A stretch of 64,000 nucleotides of DNA from Candidatus Latescibacterota bacterium. GTDB lineage: Bacteria > Latescibacterota > UBA2968 > UBA8231. Under the pieces are notes generated by a model, which worked only from the letters and a program-made list of their open reading frames with translations, was not told the origin of the DNA and made no database searches. The DNA lies in the NCBI GenBank assembly GCA_965223905.1, contig CBDCXV010000010.1:512001-576000 (forward strand), in the 5' to 3' direction. Of this stretch, positions 10,427 to 20,932 are shown in pieces; the first letter of the stretch is position 1, and each line of letters opens with the position of its first letter. A program made the translations under genes and the position numbers.

Positions 10427-11089
10427 TCAACCCCCGGTACCGGCCCGCGGCTCGATGATGACGGACAGAAAGCGGATCGGCAGCTCGACCAGCTCTTCGG
10501 GACCGTGCGGGGCGTCGGCGTCGAAGAAGAGGGAGTCCCCGGCGCCCATGCGGTAGGTGCGGTTGCCGTGGCGGTAGGTGACCCGCCCCTCGAGCATGTG
10601 GATGAACTCCACGCCGCGATGCTGAAAGAGCGGAAACACGTCGGATTCCTCGGTCAGCGAGATCAGGTACGGCTCGACGAGCAGCTGCCTGTTCACCGTG
10701 TGCCCGAGGAGCTGGTACTGGTGCCCGGCGCGGGTGCCGCGGCGTTCGATGGTCAGCCCCTCCCCCTTGCGCACGAACGACACCTCGCGCTCCTCCTCGT
10801 ATTTGCGGAAGAAGGCGGTTACCGGGACATTGAGCGCCCGCGACAGGGACTTGAGGGTGGCCAGCGACGGCGAGGCGAGACCGTTCTCGATCTTGGACAG
10901 CATGCCCGGGGACAGCCCGGCCTGGTTGGCGAGCTCGGCCGCGGTCATGTGGAGCTGGACGCGGAAGTCGCGAATCTGGCGCCCGATGGCGGCCTCCAGC
11001 TCGTTGGCGGGAGCGGATTGCCTGGCGGGATCGCCGTTGCCGTCCGCCGGCTGCGGGAGCCGGTCTTTCTCTATTCTGGCGGTGGTCAT
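10427..11089 (-). CDS. XRE-family HTH plus cupin transcriptional regulator
   Basis: ELANQAGLSPGMLSKIENGLASPSLATL HTH and cupin motif FQHRGVEF...GDSLFFDADAPHGP; this type typically precedes glxBCD. Confidence 0.9.
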   Translation of the reverse strand: MTTARIEKDRLPQPADGNGDPARQSAPANELEAAIGRQIRDFRVQLHMTAAELANQAGLSPGMLSKIENGLASPSLATLKSLSRALNVPVTAFFRKYEEEREVSFVRKGEGLTIERRGTRAGHQYQLLGHTVNRQLLVEPYLISLTEESDVFPLFQHRGVEFIHMLEGRVTYRHGNRTYRMGAGDSLFFDADAPHGPEELVELPIRFLSVIIEPRAGTGG

Positions 11090-11231
11090 ACCGGGAAGAT
11101 ACTCCGCCGGTTGTCTCCTGACAACAAAATTGAACCACAGGAAACACCGCCCTTGATCGGCATTCAGGGGTTCAATTTCAACGTGATTATTTGAACTTTT
11201 TTATTTACAAACACATACGGCGAAACCCGAC

Positions 11232-12236
11232 ATGAAACTCGGCATCAATACCCTGTTCATTCTCAAGTACGACTTCGGAGAGGCCCTCCGCTATGCGAAA
11301 AACCTCGGTGCCCGTTGCATCGAAGTCGGCTGTATGGGGGAGGCGACAAGGAAGCACTGCGACGCCGGGAAGCTCGTTGCCGATCGCGGCGAGCTGCGCC
11401 GCTGGCTCGACACCATCTCCGGGCATGGGCTCGAAATCAGCGCCCTGGCCGCCCATGGCGACATGCTCTCACCGGACCGGGACGCGGCTGCCGAATGGGC
11501 GCGGGGATTCCGCACCGCGTGCGAGCTGGCCGAGCTGGCCGGAGTCGAGCTGATCACGCTCAATTCCGGTTGCCCCGAAGGGGCCGAGGGCGACACCGCT
11601 CCCTGCTGGATCACCGACGTCTTCAACGCCGAATCCCGCAACATCCTGAAGTGGCAGTGGGAGGAGCGGGTGATCCCGTTCTGGCGCGAGCAGGCGAAGA
11701 TCGCCTCCGACCACGGCTGCCGGCTCTGCATCGAGCCCTGGATCGGCGACGTCGTGCACACCCCCGCCACGTTGATGAAGCTGCGCGATGCCGTCGGCGA
11801 GGCGATCGGCTGCAACTTCGATCCGTCCCATCTGTTCGTGCAGCACGTCGACGTGCTCGAATCGATCCGCTACCTCGGCGGCGTCATCCGGCACATCCAC
11901 ATGAAGGACACCCGCATCGACCCGCACAACCTGCGCCTGCAGGGGCTGCTCGACACGACCGTCCCCCCGACCGATCCGAAAAACCGCGTGTGGACGTTCA
12001 CGTGCGTCGGCTGGGGGCACGACGAGAGCTTCTGGCGCGACTTCATCACCAACCTGCGGTTCGTCGGTTACACAGGCGCGCTGTCGGTGGAGATGGAGTC
12101 CGACTACATGGACATCGACGACGGCATGGAGAAGCAGTTCGACCTGCTGCGCCGTCTGGTGCTGGCTCCACCGCCGGCTCCCGGAGAGCGCTGGTGGGAG
12201 GTGGCGGGGCTGCACGGCATCGGGCGGGACGAATGA
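11232..12236 (+). CDS. Sugar-phosphate isomerase/epimerase (xylose-isomerase-like TIM barrel)
   Basis: LCIEP, NFDPSHL, HIHMKD and GYTGALSVEME metal-binding motifs. Confidence 0.85.
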   Translation: MKLGINTLFILKYDFGEALRYAKNLGARCIEVGCMGEATRKHCDAGKLVADRGELRRWLDTISGHGLEISALAAHGDMLSPDRDAAAEWARGFRTACELAELAGVELITLNSGCPEGAEGDTAPCWITDVFNAESRNILKWQWEERVIPFWREQAKIASDHGCRLCIEPWIGDVVHTPATLMKLRDAVGEAIGCNFDPSHLFVQHVDVLESIRYLGGVIRHIHMKDTRIDPHNLRLQGLLDTTVPPTDPKNRVWTFTCVGWGHDESFWRDFITNLRFVGYTGALSVEMESDYMDIDDGMEKQFDLLRRLVLAPPPAPGERWWEVAGLHGIGRDE

Positions 12237-12270
12237 TCGCAGGGCCCCCAACCGAAACGGAGCTCGAGCG

Positions 12271-13597
12271 ATGAGAAAGCTGACCCCTGCCGGTGCACCC
12301 CCTTCGACGCATTGGTACGAAACCGCCGGCCTCGGGATGTTCATCCACTGGGGCCTCTCCAGCGTCCGCGCCGTAGGCGACCTCTCCTGGTCGATGGTGA
12401 GGGACACCCCCTACGACGCCGAGCTCGACAACCGCAACAAGCTGACCCCCGAGGAGTACTGGAAGCAGGCGGACGAGTTCGACCCCCGGAGCTACGACCC
12501 GGATCTCTGGATGCGGGCGGCGAGGGAGGCCGGCTTCCGCTACGCCGTCCTGACCACCCGCCATCACGACGGCTACGCCCTGTGGCCGAGCGACTTCGGC
12601 GACTTCGGCACGAGGACGCACATGGTGGGCCGCGACCTGGTGCGGCCGTTCGTCGATGCCTGCCGCGACAACGGCATCAAGGTCGGCTTCTACTACTCCC
12701 CCGGGGACTGGTACCGCGAGCGCCACCGCCGCTCGTTCGGCTATTTCCAGACCCTCGGCCTGCGCCACGAGCCGATCGAGCTCCAGGAGTGGGACCCGGA
12801 CTCCGGGATGCCGCAGCAGGAGTGGGTCACCAACGAAAAGAGGAAGCACGAGGAGGAGGAGGCGCCCTACGTCATCGGCCAGATGGAGGAGCTGCTGACC
12901 CGCTACGGCGATCTCGACGTCTTCTGGTACGACGCGGCGGCTCGGCGATGACCAACGAGCGCGTCCGCGAGCTGCAGCCGAACGTCATGATCAACGACCG
13001 CGGCCACGGCGAGCGGGCAGCGGCGACTTCAGCACCTTCGAGTGCCGCTACGAAAAGCTCGAGCCGCGGCGGCCGCAGCGGCCGTTCGAGTTCTGCACCA
13101 CCACCATCGACCAGTACGACCACTGCGTCACCCGCCACCTCGGAGCCCCGAGCTGGGGTCACGTCGAGGGGGCCCGCTACCGCGACCTCTCCCTGGTGCT
13201 CGAGGAGCTGGCCCTGGTCGCCGCCTGGGGGGGCAACTACCTGCTCAACTTCGGCCCCACCTCGAGCGGCGAGCTGCCGCCGCAGGCGTACGGGCTGCTT
13301 TCGGAGCTCGGCGCCTGGATGAAGCACAGCGGCGCCGCAGTGCAGGACTGCTACGGCGGGGACTGGCCCGGCGACTGCAGCGTCCCCTCCAGCGGGCGCG
13401 AGGGCGTCACCTACCTGTTCTTCCTGCGCGATTTCAAGGGAAAGGCGGAGGTCCGCAACTGTGCGCAGCCGCGCCGGGTGCGGCTGCTGCGCACCGGTCA
13501 GGAGCTGGACGCGGAGTTCGCTGCCGGAACCCTGTCGGTATCGGTGCCGGGAAGTGCCCGAAGCGAGCTGCCCGACGTCGTCGAAGTCACCTGGTGA
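12271..13597 (+). CDS. Alpha-L-fucosidase, GH29 (frameshifted near 12935 and 13020)
   Basis: LGMFIHWG, YAVLTTRHHDGYALWPS, DLVRPFVDACR, VFWYD. Continues in other frames as RELQPNVMINDR and GGNYLLNFGP. Confidence 0.85.
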
Positions 13598-13659
13598 CAT
13601 GGGGCTGAGATCGCCGGCGGGGTTTGCAAGGTCGGCGACCCCTGTTGGCGTCGCGGGCC

Positions 13660-14121
13660 GCCAGGGATCGCAACGTCCGCGTCATCCTCGACCCGGCCCC
13701 GGCTGCCGGCATCCCCGCGGAAGCTTTCGCGGCGTTCGATATCATCGCGCCGAACCAGACGGAAGCGGAGTATTTTGTCGGCGTCGCCGTCGACGACGAG
13801 GGGACAGCCGCTCGAGCCGCCGGCCTGCTTCTCGAACGGGGGGCACCTGCCGCGGTGATCAAGATGGCGGAGCTGGGAGCTTACTACAGAAGCGGCGATG
13901 AGGAAGGAGTTCTCCCTCCCTTTGCCGTTGAAGCGGTCGACACCACCTCGGCGGGAGACGCCTTCCACGGCGCCCTCGCCGTCGCCCTGGCCGAGGGCAG
14001 GAACCTGCGCGGCGCCGTCCCCTTCGCCGCCGCGGCCGGGGCCCTGGCGGTCACCCGGCCCGGGGTGCAGGACTCGATGCCGCTGCGAGCCGAGGTCGAG
14101 GAGTTGCTGGCCCGGGGGTAG
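13660..14121 (+). pseudogene. rbsK: C-terminal half of a ribokinase (PfkB family)
   Basis: VILDPAPA, PNQTEAE, VDTTSAGDAFHGALA. The N-terminal ~150 aa are absent and the fragment begins right after the fucosidase stop. Confidence 0.75.
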
Positions 14122-14439
14122 TCTCCGTTCTCCCGGCCGCCCTCACCGCAGGCCCGGTGCCGGGATGGGGGTACTCCCCCTGACCTCGGGCGGCGACGCT
14201 CCTCCCGCCATCAGCTCGCGCAGGGTGTTCGACTAGAATCCGGAAAAACTGGCGCATTACGACCGGGTCCGGTCCCCCGGGTCACCGCTGGCGCCGGAGA
14301 CCGTCGGCCGGCCGGCCGGCTTCGGCCTCCCCCAGGACCCATTGGCGGAACACCCGCACCTCGGGACGCTGCCGGCCCGGCGCGGTGATGATCAGGCAGC
14401 AGCTGCTCCTCGCAGAGCGTTTCCCCCCACAAGGATGTC

Positions 14440-14642
14440 CTCACTCCGCGTCACCGGACGCGGGGCCGCGGTCTCGCCGGTGCAGGCGAACCAGGCGTCG
14501 AAGTCGCGGCGGTCCGGATCGACGCCCCGGTGGTTTGTATCGACCTCGATGGCGATGCCGGGGTGGGCGGCGCCGGCGAAGCTCTGGTGGCGGGCGGCGG
14601 CCTCGAAGTAGCGCAGGCTTTCGAGCGGCGGCAGGAGCAGCA
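14440..14642 (-). pseudogene. Internally deleted GcvA-like LysR regulator
   Basis: LPPLESLRYFEAAARHQSFAGAA is joined directly to HPGIAIEVDT...DFDAW; the end of the HTH and the linker are missing. Confidence 0.7.
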
Positions 14643-14960
14643 CGGCGGCAAAACCTCCGGAAGGGTTGCGGACAAAGGGCGGCTCAGGTGAAGCGCACAT
14701 TTTGGCGAGGGCGGCAAGCCGGTCACGGGCGGGAAAAACCTCGGCAGGACGCAAATCCTCCCGGCCGGCGCAACATCTATGGACAAGTATAATTAGGCCA
14801 TAGGCATATATACACCATGCCAAATCAAGGGCAAACTAAACTATGTCATAGGCATATAAATTATAGTCCAAACAAAGATTCCCTCTTTAGGGATCGGGTA
14901 TATACCTTTGCTGATCTGAAATGGTTTTATCAGCAACCCGCGAAGGAATCACAAATCACC

Positions 14961-15312
14961 ATGGATAAACATCGAAGGATCATTTCTCAGCTTGCTCAAA
15001 AACTTTCCCATCCTGCCAGGCTGACAATCGGCGCTCTGGTCGCACTGGTATCCGGCGCCGGTGCGGAACAGCTGCTCGAAGGGCGGGTGCGGCTGCCCTC
15101 CGGCGAACTGGCCGCCGGGGTCCAGGTGAGGCTGTTTGCCAGCGCCGACCTGGGGCGTTCGCTTCACGCGACCACCGATGAAAGCGGCTATTTCGCGCTG
15201 CCGCTGACGGCCCTCCACCAAGCCGGAGCCCTTCCGGCGCGGATGCACCTGGGTCAGAACTACCCCAATCCGTTCAATCCCTCGACGATCATCCCGTACC
15301 AGCTGCCGGAAA
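14961..15312 (+). pseudogene. 5' part of a secreted protein (signal peptide, carboxypeptidase-regulatory-like domain, start of a FlgD/T9SS-like domain)
   Basis: LEGRVRLPSG...ATTDESGYFALP...LGQNYPNPFNPSTIIPYQLP, then an abrupt switch to an IS110 remnant. Confidence 0.65.
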
Positions 15313-15349
15313 TCGGAGTGGACGTGGGCGACGGTAAAGGCGGATTGAG

Positions 15350-15510
15350 GACTGCCGACGGCGTACCTGGCCTGAGTCATCGCTTCGAACAGCACCATCC
15401 AGTAGTGACCGGTGGCTTCCATGCCGACACGGATGGCATCGGCTGCGGCGGTGTCGGCTAACTTGGCCAGCAACTGCTCGAAGCCCTGCCGCTCCGAATC
15501 GAGGAGGCGC
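15350..15510 (-). mobile_element. IS110-family transposase remnant (N-terminal DEDD domain)
   Basis: QGFEQLLAKLA...IRVGMEATGHYW motif. Confidence 0.7.
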
Positions 15511-15610
15511 AGGCCCCGAGGCCAGGGCCGGTCGGGCCACGTAGCGGCATAAGCGTTCGAGTCCCCGCCGGTCAGGGCCCGCGATCCGCCTAGCCGCACG
15601 CAGCGAAACC
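15510..15610 (-). mobile_element. ISCR/IS91-like transposase fragment (about 100 bp)
   Basis: RIAGPDRRGLERLCRYVARPALA, nearly identical to the copies at 34-50 kb. Confidence 0.85.
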
Positions 15611-15817
15611 TTCGTCGTCTTGTTGGCCGCGGTTCTGGGTGTGCCGGACAGCCGCGCCCACAGGATCCTGAAAGCAGAAGCTGTTGCTGGCGCGGGGGAT
15701 CGCAAAAACAAAAAAAAACCGGCTCAGAGGAAACGGACATTCCCTGTCCTCTTGGGGCGTATCTTTGAAGATGGAACTCTACCCGTAAGCAAATCCTATG
15801 AGGGATCAGGGAAAGCC

Positions 15818-15975
15818 ATGAAAGCTTTCGTTCTCGCCGCCGTTTTTTTCGGGGTTGTCAGCGTCCTTCTTTGGCCACCACCGGCAGCCAACGCTTCCCC
15901 GCCGCCGGCCGACAGCGTGCATTTCTGCGCTTTCGATTACGAGCAGTGGCGGCGCGAGCACCCCACACCGATGCT
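15818..15975 (+). pseudogene. 5' stub of another secreted-protein gene
   Basis: Signal peptide MKAFVLAAVFFGVVSVLLWPPPAANA followed by DSVHFCAFDYEQWRREHP; coding character is then lost. Confidence 0.5.
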
Positions 15976-16105
15976 CCACGCGAGCCGCTGTGCATCGCGT
16001 GGATGGGCATCCCAACAGCCACTATTTCGTTGTTCGGCGTGATTGTCCCGGAGTTCGGGGAGCCGGTTTTTGCCGAGTACTTGGTATCCAAAGGAGAATC
16101 TCAAA

Positions 16106-19100
16106 GTGAAAAAGACTCGATTGTTCCCCCTCGTCGTCTTGTTGGTCGCAGTCTTGGGTGTGCCGGACAGCCGCGCCGAGGATGATTCCTCAAGTTTGCC
16201 CGCAGGGGCCTTCGCCCGCTTAGGCAAAGGGACGCATTGGTTCAGGCGACCGAGCGGTGGCCTATTCGCCGGATGGGACCCGGCTGGCGGTGGCCAGCGG
16301 TATAGGAGGTATCTGGCTCTACGATGCCCATACCGGGGCCGAAGTCGCCCTGTTCACGGGGCATACGGGTTCGGTCTATTCGGTGGCGTTTTCGCCGGAT
16401 GGAACCCGGCTGGCGTCCGGGTCCGGGGATAACACGGTGCGGCTGTGGGATGTGGCCAGCGGCGAACCGATCACCACCCTCGATGGCCATACGAGTTGGG
16501 TCTCTTCGGTGGCGTTTTCGCCGGATGGAACCCGGCTGGCGTCCGGGTCCGGGGATGCCACGGTGCGGCTGTGGCATGTGGCCAGCGGCGAACCGACCGC
16601 CACCCTCAAAGGCTATACGAATACGGTCTGGTCGGTGGCGTTTTCGCCGGATGGAACCCGGCTGGCGTCCGGGTCCAGGGATGGCACGGTGCGGCTGTGG
16701 GATGTGGCCAGCGGCGAACCGACCACCACCCTCAAAGGCCATACGGAGCGGGTCAGGTCGGTGGCGTTTTCGCCGGATGGAACCCGGCTGGCGTCCGGGT
16801 CGTGGGATGACACGGTGCGGCTGTGGGATGTGGCCAGCGGCGAACTGATCACTATCCTTGAAGGCCATACGGATTGGGTCAATTCGGTGGCGTTTTCGCC
16901 CGATGGAACCCGGCTGGCGTCCGGGTCGTGGGATGACACGGTGCGGCTGTGGGATGTGGCCAGCGGCGAACTGATCACTATCCTTGAAGGCCATACGGAG
17001 CCGGTCAATTCGGTGGCGTTTTCGCCCGATGGAACCCGGCTGGCGTCCGGGTCCGGGGGTGGCACGGTGTGGCTGTGGGACGTGGCCAGCGGCGAACCGA
17101 CCACCACCCTCAAAGGCCATACGGGTTCGGTCGAGTCGGTGGCGTTTTCGCCCGATGGAACCCGGCTGGCGTCCGGGTCGTGGGATGACACGGTGCGGCT
17201 GTGGGATGTGGCCAGCGGCGAACTGATCACTATCCTTGAAGGCCATACGGAGCCGGTCAATTCGGTGGCGTTTTCGCCCGATGGAACCCGGCTGGCGTCC
17301 GGGTCGTGGGATGACACGGTGCGGCTGTGGGATGTGGCCAGCGGCGAACTGATCACTATCCTTGAAGGCCATACGGAGCCGGTCAATTCGGTGGCGTTTT
17401 CGCCGGATGGAACCCGGCTGGCGTCCGGGTCGGGGATCTGGTCGGGAGGCACGGTGCGGCTGTGGGATGTGGCCAGCGGCGAACTGATCACTATAAGCCT
17501 TGAAGGCTTTGGGATTGCGGTCTATTCGGTGGCGTTTTCGCCCGATGGAACCCGGCTGGCGTCCGGGTCCGGGGATGGCACGATTCTGCTGTGGGACGTG
17601 GCCAGCGGCGAACTGATCACTATCCTTGAAGGCCATACGGAGCCGGTCTCTTCGGTGGCGTTTTCGCCCGATGGACGGCTGGCGTCCGGGTCCGGGGACT
17701 GGCAGGGAGATGGCACGGTGCTTCTGTGGGATGTAGCCAGCGGTGAACCGACCTCCACCCTCAAAGGCCATACGGATGGGGTCTCTTCGGTGGCGTTTTC
17801 GCCCGATGGAACCCGGCTGGCGTCCGGGTCGTGGGGTGAAACGGTGCGGCTGTGGGATGTGGCCAGCGGCGAACTGATCACCACCCTCGAAGGCCATACG
17901 TATTCGGTCAATTCGGTGGCGTTTTCGCCCGATGGAACCCGGCTGGCGTCCGGGTCGTGGGATGGTACGATTCTGCTGTGGGACGTGGCCGAGGTGGTGG
18001 GATTGCTACCCACCACCCTCTATGGCCATACGAAGCCGGTCTGGTCGGTGGCGTTTTCGCCGGATGGAACCCGGCTGGCGTCCGGGTCCGGGTGGTTTAG
18101 GGATGTCACGGTGCGGCTGTGGGACGTGGCCAGCGGCGAACCGATCACCACCCGCGAAGGCTTTGGGATTGCGGTCTATTCGGTGGCGTTTTCGCCCGAT
18201 GGAACCTGGCTGGCGTCCGGGTCGTGGTATGGCACGGTGCGGCTGTGGCATGTGGCCAGCGGCGAACTGATCACCACCCTCTATGGCCATACGGAGCCGG
18301 TCAATTCGGTGGCGTTTTCGCCCGATGGAACCCGGCTGGCGTCCGGGTCCGGGGATGGCACGGTGCGGCTGTGGCATGTGGCCAGCGGCGAACCGACCAC
18401 CACCCTCTATGGCCATACGGAGCCGGTCAATTCGGTGGCGTTTTCGCCCGATGGAACCCGGCTGGCGTCCGGGTCCGGGGATGACACGGTGCGGCTGTGG
18501 GACGTGGCCAGCGGCGAACCGACCACCACCCTTGAAGGCCATACGTATGCGGTCAATTCGGTGGCGTTTTCGCCCGATGGAACCCGGCTGGCGTCCGGGT
18601 CCGGGGATGACACGGTGCGGCTGTGGGACGTGGCCAGCGGCGAACCGACCACCACCCTTGAAGGCCATACGGGTTCGGTCAATTCGGTGGCGTTTTCGCC
18701 CGATGGAACCCGGCTGGCGTCCGGGTCCGGGGATGACACGGTGCGGCTGTGGGACGTGGCCAGCGGCGAACCGACCACCACCCTTGAAGGCCATACGGGT
18801 TCGGTCAATTCGGTGGCGTTTTCGCCCGATGGAGCCCGGCTGGCGTCCGGGTCCGGGGATGGCACGGTGCGGCTGTGGGACGTGGCCGAATGGACAAATT
18901 CGGGAACTACCGTCGTGGCGAATAATTTGATCGGCCTGCCGGATGAACTGCAGTTGCAGCAGAACGCGCCCAACCCGTTCAACAGCCAGACCGTTATCTC
19001 CTACTTCCTGCCGGAATCGAGTCCGGTGCGCCTGGAACTGTTTTCGGTGACCGGGCAGCGGGTGGCGATCCTGCGCCAGGGGCACCAGCAGGCCGGCTAC

Positions 19101-19220
19101 CACCGCCTCCACTGGGACGCCCGCGACGACGAAGGCCGCCCCCTGGCCAGCGGCATCTACTTTTACCGACTGGAGACAGCCAACGGCATCTTAACGCGTA
19201 AACTCACCCTGCTGCGCTGA
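16106..19220 (+). CDS. Secreted WD40-repeat protein (21 repeats) with a C-terminal FlgD/T9SS-like Ig domain; frameshift near 16235-16250
   Basis: AAGGAG RBS, then GTG 16106 and signal peptide VKKTRLFPLVVLLVAVLGVPDSRA followed by LPAGAFARLGKG. 21 copies of AFSPDGTRLASGSxDxTVRLWD. Tail QNAPNPFNSQT...LASGIYFYRL...RKLTLLR. Confidence 0.92.
16350..18890 (+). repeat. Tandem coding repeats of about 126 bp (WD40 units), several identical at the protein level
   Basis: Recurring tcggtggcgttttcgccSgatggaacccggctggcgtccgggtc with a period of about 126 bp. Confidence 0.95.
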
Positions 19221-19396
19221 TTGGACCGATGTGCCAACATTCGAGTGCTAGCCGCCCGACATAAGCACAAACCGAAAGTACATAGGTGATCCGTCTCGCT
19301 TCACGGATTCAGGATTTTTTTTAACAACGGACACTCCCTGACCGACTCCAATCTATATTTGGCGGACTTTCACACCATTCCCTGAGGAGGGATGCC

Positions 19397-19711
19397 ATGA
19401 AGAAAATACTGATCGTCCTACTAGCCGCTGTGGCTATCACCATAAGCGGAGGCTGTGATAGCGGCAAAGACTGTGATTGCGATGGAGACCGCAATCCAAC
19501 GTCGAGTTGCGGGTCGGACAGCCGCGGGTCGGACGGCTGCGGGTCGGACAGCGGCGGGTCGGGCGGCGGCGGGTCGGACAACAGCGGGTCGGACAACAGC
19601 GGGTCAGGCGGCAAGTCGGGCGGCGGCAAGTCGGGCGGCGGCGGGTCGGACGGCGGCGGGTCGGACAGCGGCGGGTCGGGCGGCGGCGGGGGCGGCGGCG
19701 GGTCGGCCTGA
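19397..19711 (+). CDS. Small Gly/Ser-rich putative lipoprotein
   Basis: GAGGAGG RBS; signal peptide ending ISGGC, then CDCD and a 15-bp tandem repeat (gggtcggacRRcRgc) encoding GSDxx. Confidence 0.7.
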   Translation: MKKILIVLLAAVAITISGGCDSGKDCDCDGDRNPTSSCGSDSRGSDGCGSDSGGSGGGGSDNSGSDNSGSGGKSGGGKSGGGGSDGGGSDSGGSGGGGGGGGSA

Positions 19712-19739
19712 TAATAGCTGCTCGGACTGACCTACGACA

Positions 19740-20699
19740 GTGCTGGGCAAAAGTAGCCAGCAATACCTGCAACAGTATTCTGGAACGGTTCTTCTCATTC
19801 TCGTACTTGCAGCTACGTCTACTCCTGCTGCTCAACCAGACTCATCGGAAACGCGACAACAGGAAATCGATCTTAAACGCTTGGGCTATGTAGGTGTCGG
19901 TGCTGCTGGTTTGCATTGGGCCGGCTTCCGGTATCTGAAAAGCATTTGGTGGCAAGGGGAACAAGTTTCTCTCCGTTTCATTCACGATTGGCCTGGGGAT
20001 ACCTATCTCAATTTAGATCACGCCAGTCATTTTATGTGGGGGCTCTTTCTTGCACAGATCACAGGCGATCTTTATCACTGGATAGGTTTTTCCCCACGCA
20101 CCGCAGCTCTACTCGGTTCTCTCAGCAGCATAGCTGAGATGTTTTATATCGAGTACCGCGACGGGCGATATGGTCATTGGGGTTTCAGCATTCCCGATGC
20201 CACGGGAGATGTACTCGGCGCACTGGTTCCCCTGATCCACGCAAATTTTCCGGCGACTCAAATGGTCCAATTCAAGCTCAGCTATTTCCCCTCCCCGCTC
20301 TATCGCTATGGAAACGCACGCCAAGCTAGCGGGCATCCGTATGCCCCTTCTTTTATGGACGACTACGAGGGGATGACGTTCTGGATGGTCATAAACCCCA
20401 AGCCTATGCTACCGAAGCATGCCGCCGAACGCTGGCCCGATTGGTTAGGGGTGGCGGTAGGAGCCGGGGCGCAGGGACTGCACGGTTATGGTCGCAAAAG
20501 CCGCGGTCCCGGTCGCTGGTATCCCGATTTGCCGGATGCGCAGCGCGAAATCTACCTCTCGCTGGACTTCGACTTCGCACATTCGTTGGGCAATTTCGAG
20601 GTGCTTCGCAAGTTTACGCCCTACTTCCGTCTCCTCCGTTTTCCCACCCCCGCCCTTCGCATTCACCCCACGCCGACCTTTTACTTTTTTTATTATTGA
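19740..20699 (+). CDS. DUF2279/YfiM-like outer-membrane protein
   Basis: WWQG...F..DW...YLNLDHASHF, EYRDG...WGFSIPD, DDYEGMTFW, REIYLSLDFD and FPTPAL match the family pattern. Confidence 0.7.
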   Translation: MLGKSSQQYLQQYSGTVLLILVLAATSTPAAQPDSSETRQQEIDLKRLGYVGVGAAGLHWAGFRYLKSIWWQGEQVSLRFIHDWPGDTYLNLDHASHFMWGLFLAQITGDLYHWIGFSPRTAALLGSLSSIAEMFYIEYRDGRYGHWGFSIPDATGDVLGALVPLIHANFPATQMVQFKLSYFPSPLYRYGNARQASGHPYAPSFMDDYEGMTFWMVINPKPMLPKHAAERWPDWLGVAVGAGAQGLHGYGRKSRGPGRWYPDLPDAQREIYLSLDFDFAHSLGNFEVLRKFTPYFRLLRFPTPALRIHPTPTFYFFYY

Positions 20700-20932
20700 C
20701 CGCCAATACTTTTCATTAGACGATTCGACCCGTCACGATCGCGGCAGGACGACAGGAGAGCCCGCTGAAGGCATCACCTTCGCCGCGGACAACACGCTGA
20801 TCGTTGTGGTAATCCCCCAAGTTCAAGGGGTCGATGTAGCCGCCCGCTTCTTCGAACCCGCTCCACCCATTAGCCGGATGCCGGGTGACCGCCGTCCGGC
20901 CCCCGAAACACTCCAGGCACTCCACCTCCTGT

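Noticed and set aside
16350-18890. Regular repeats as a CRISPR array or DGR template/variable repeats
   Set aside because: The units are in-frame 126-bp WD40 codons without unique spacers; no cas or reverse transcriptase gene is present in the window.
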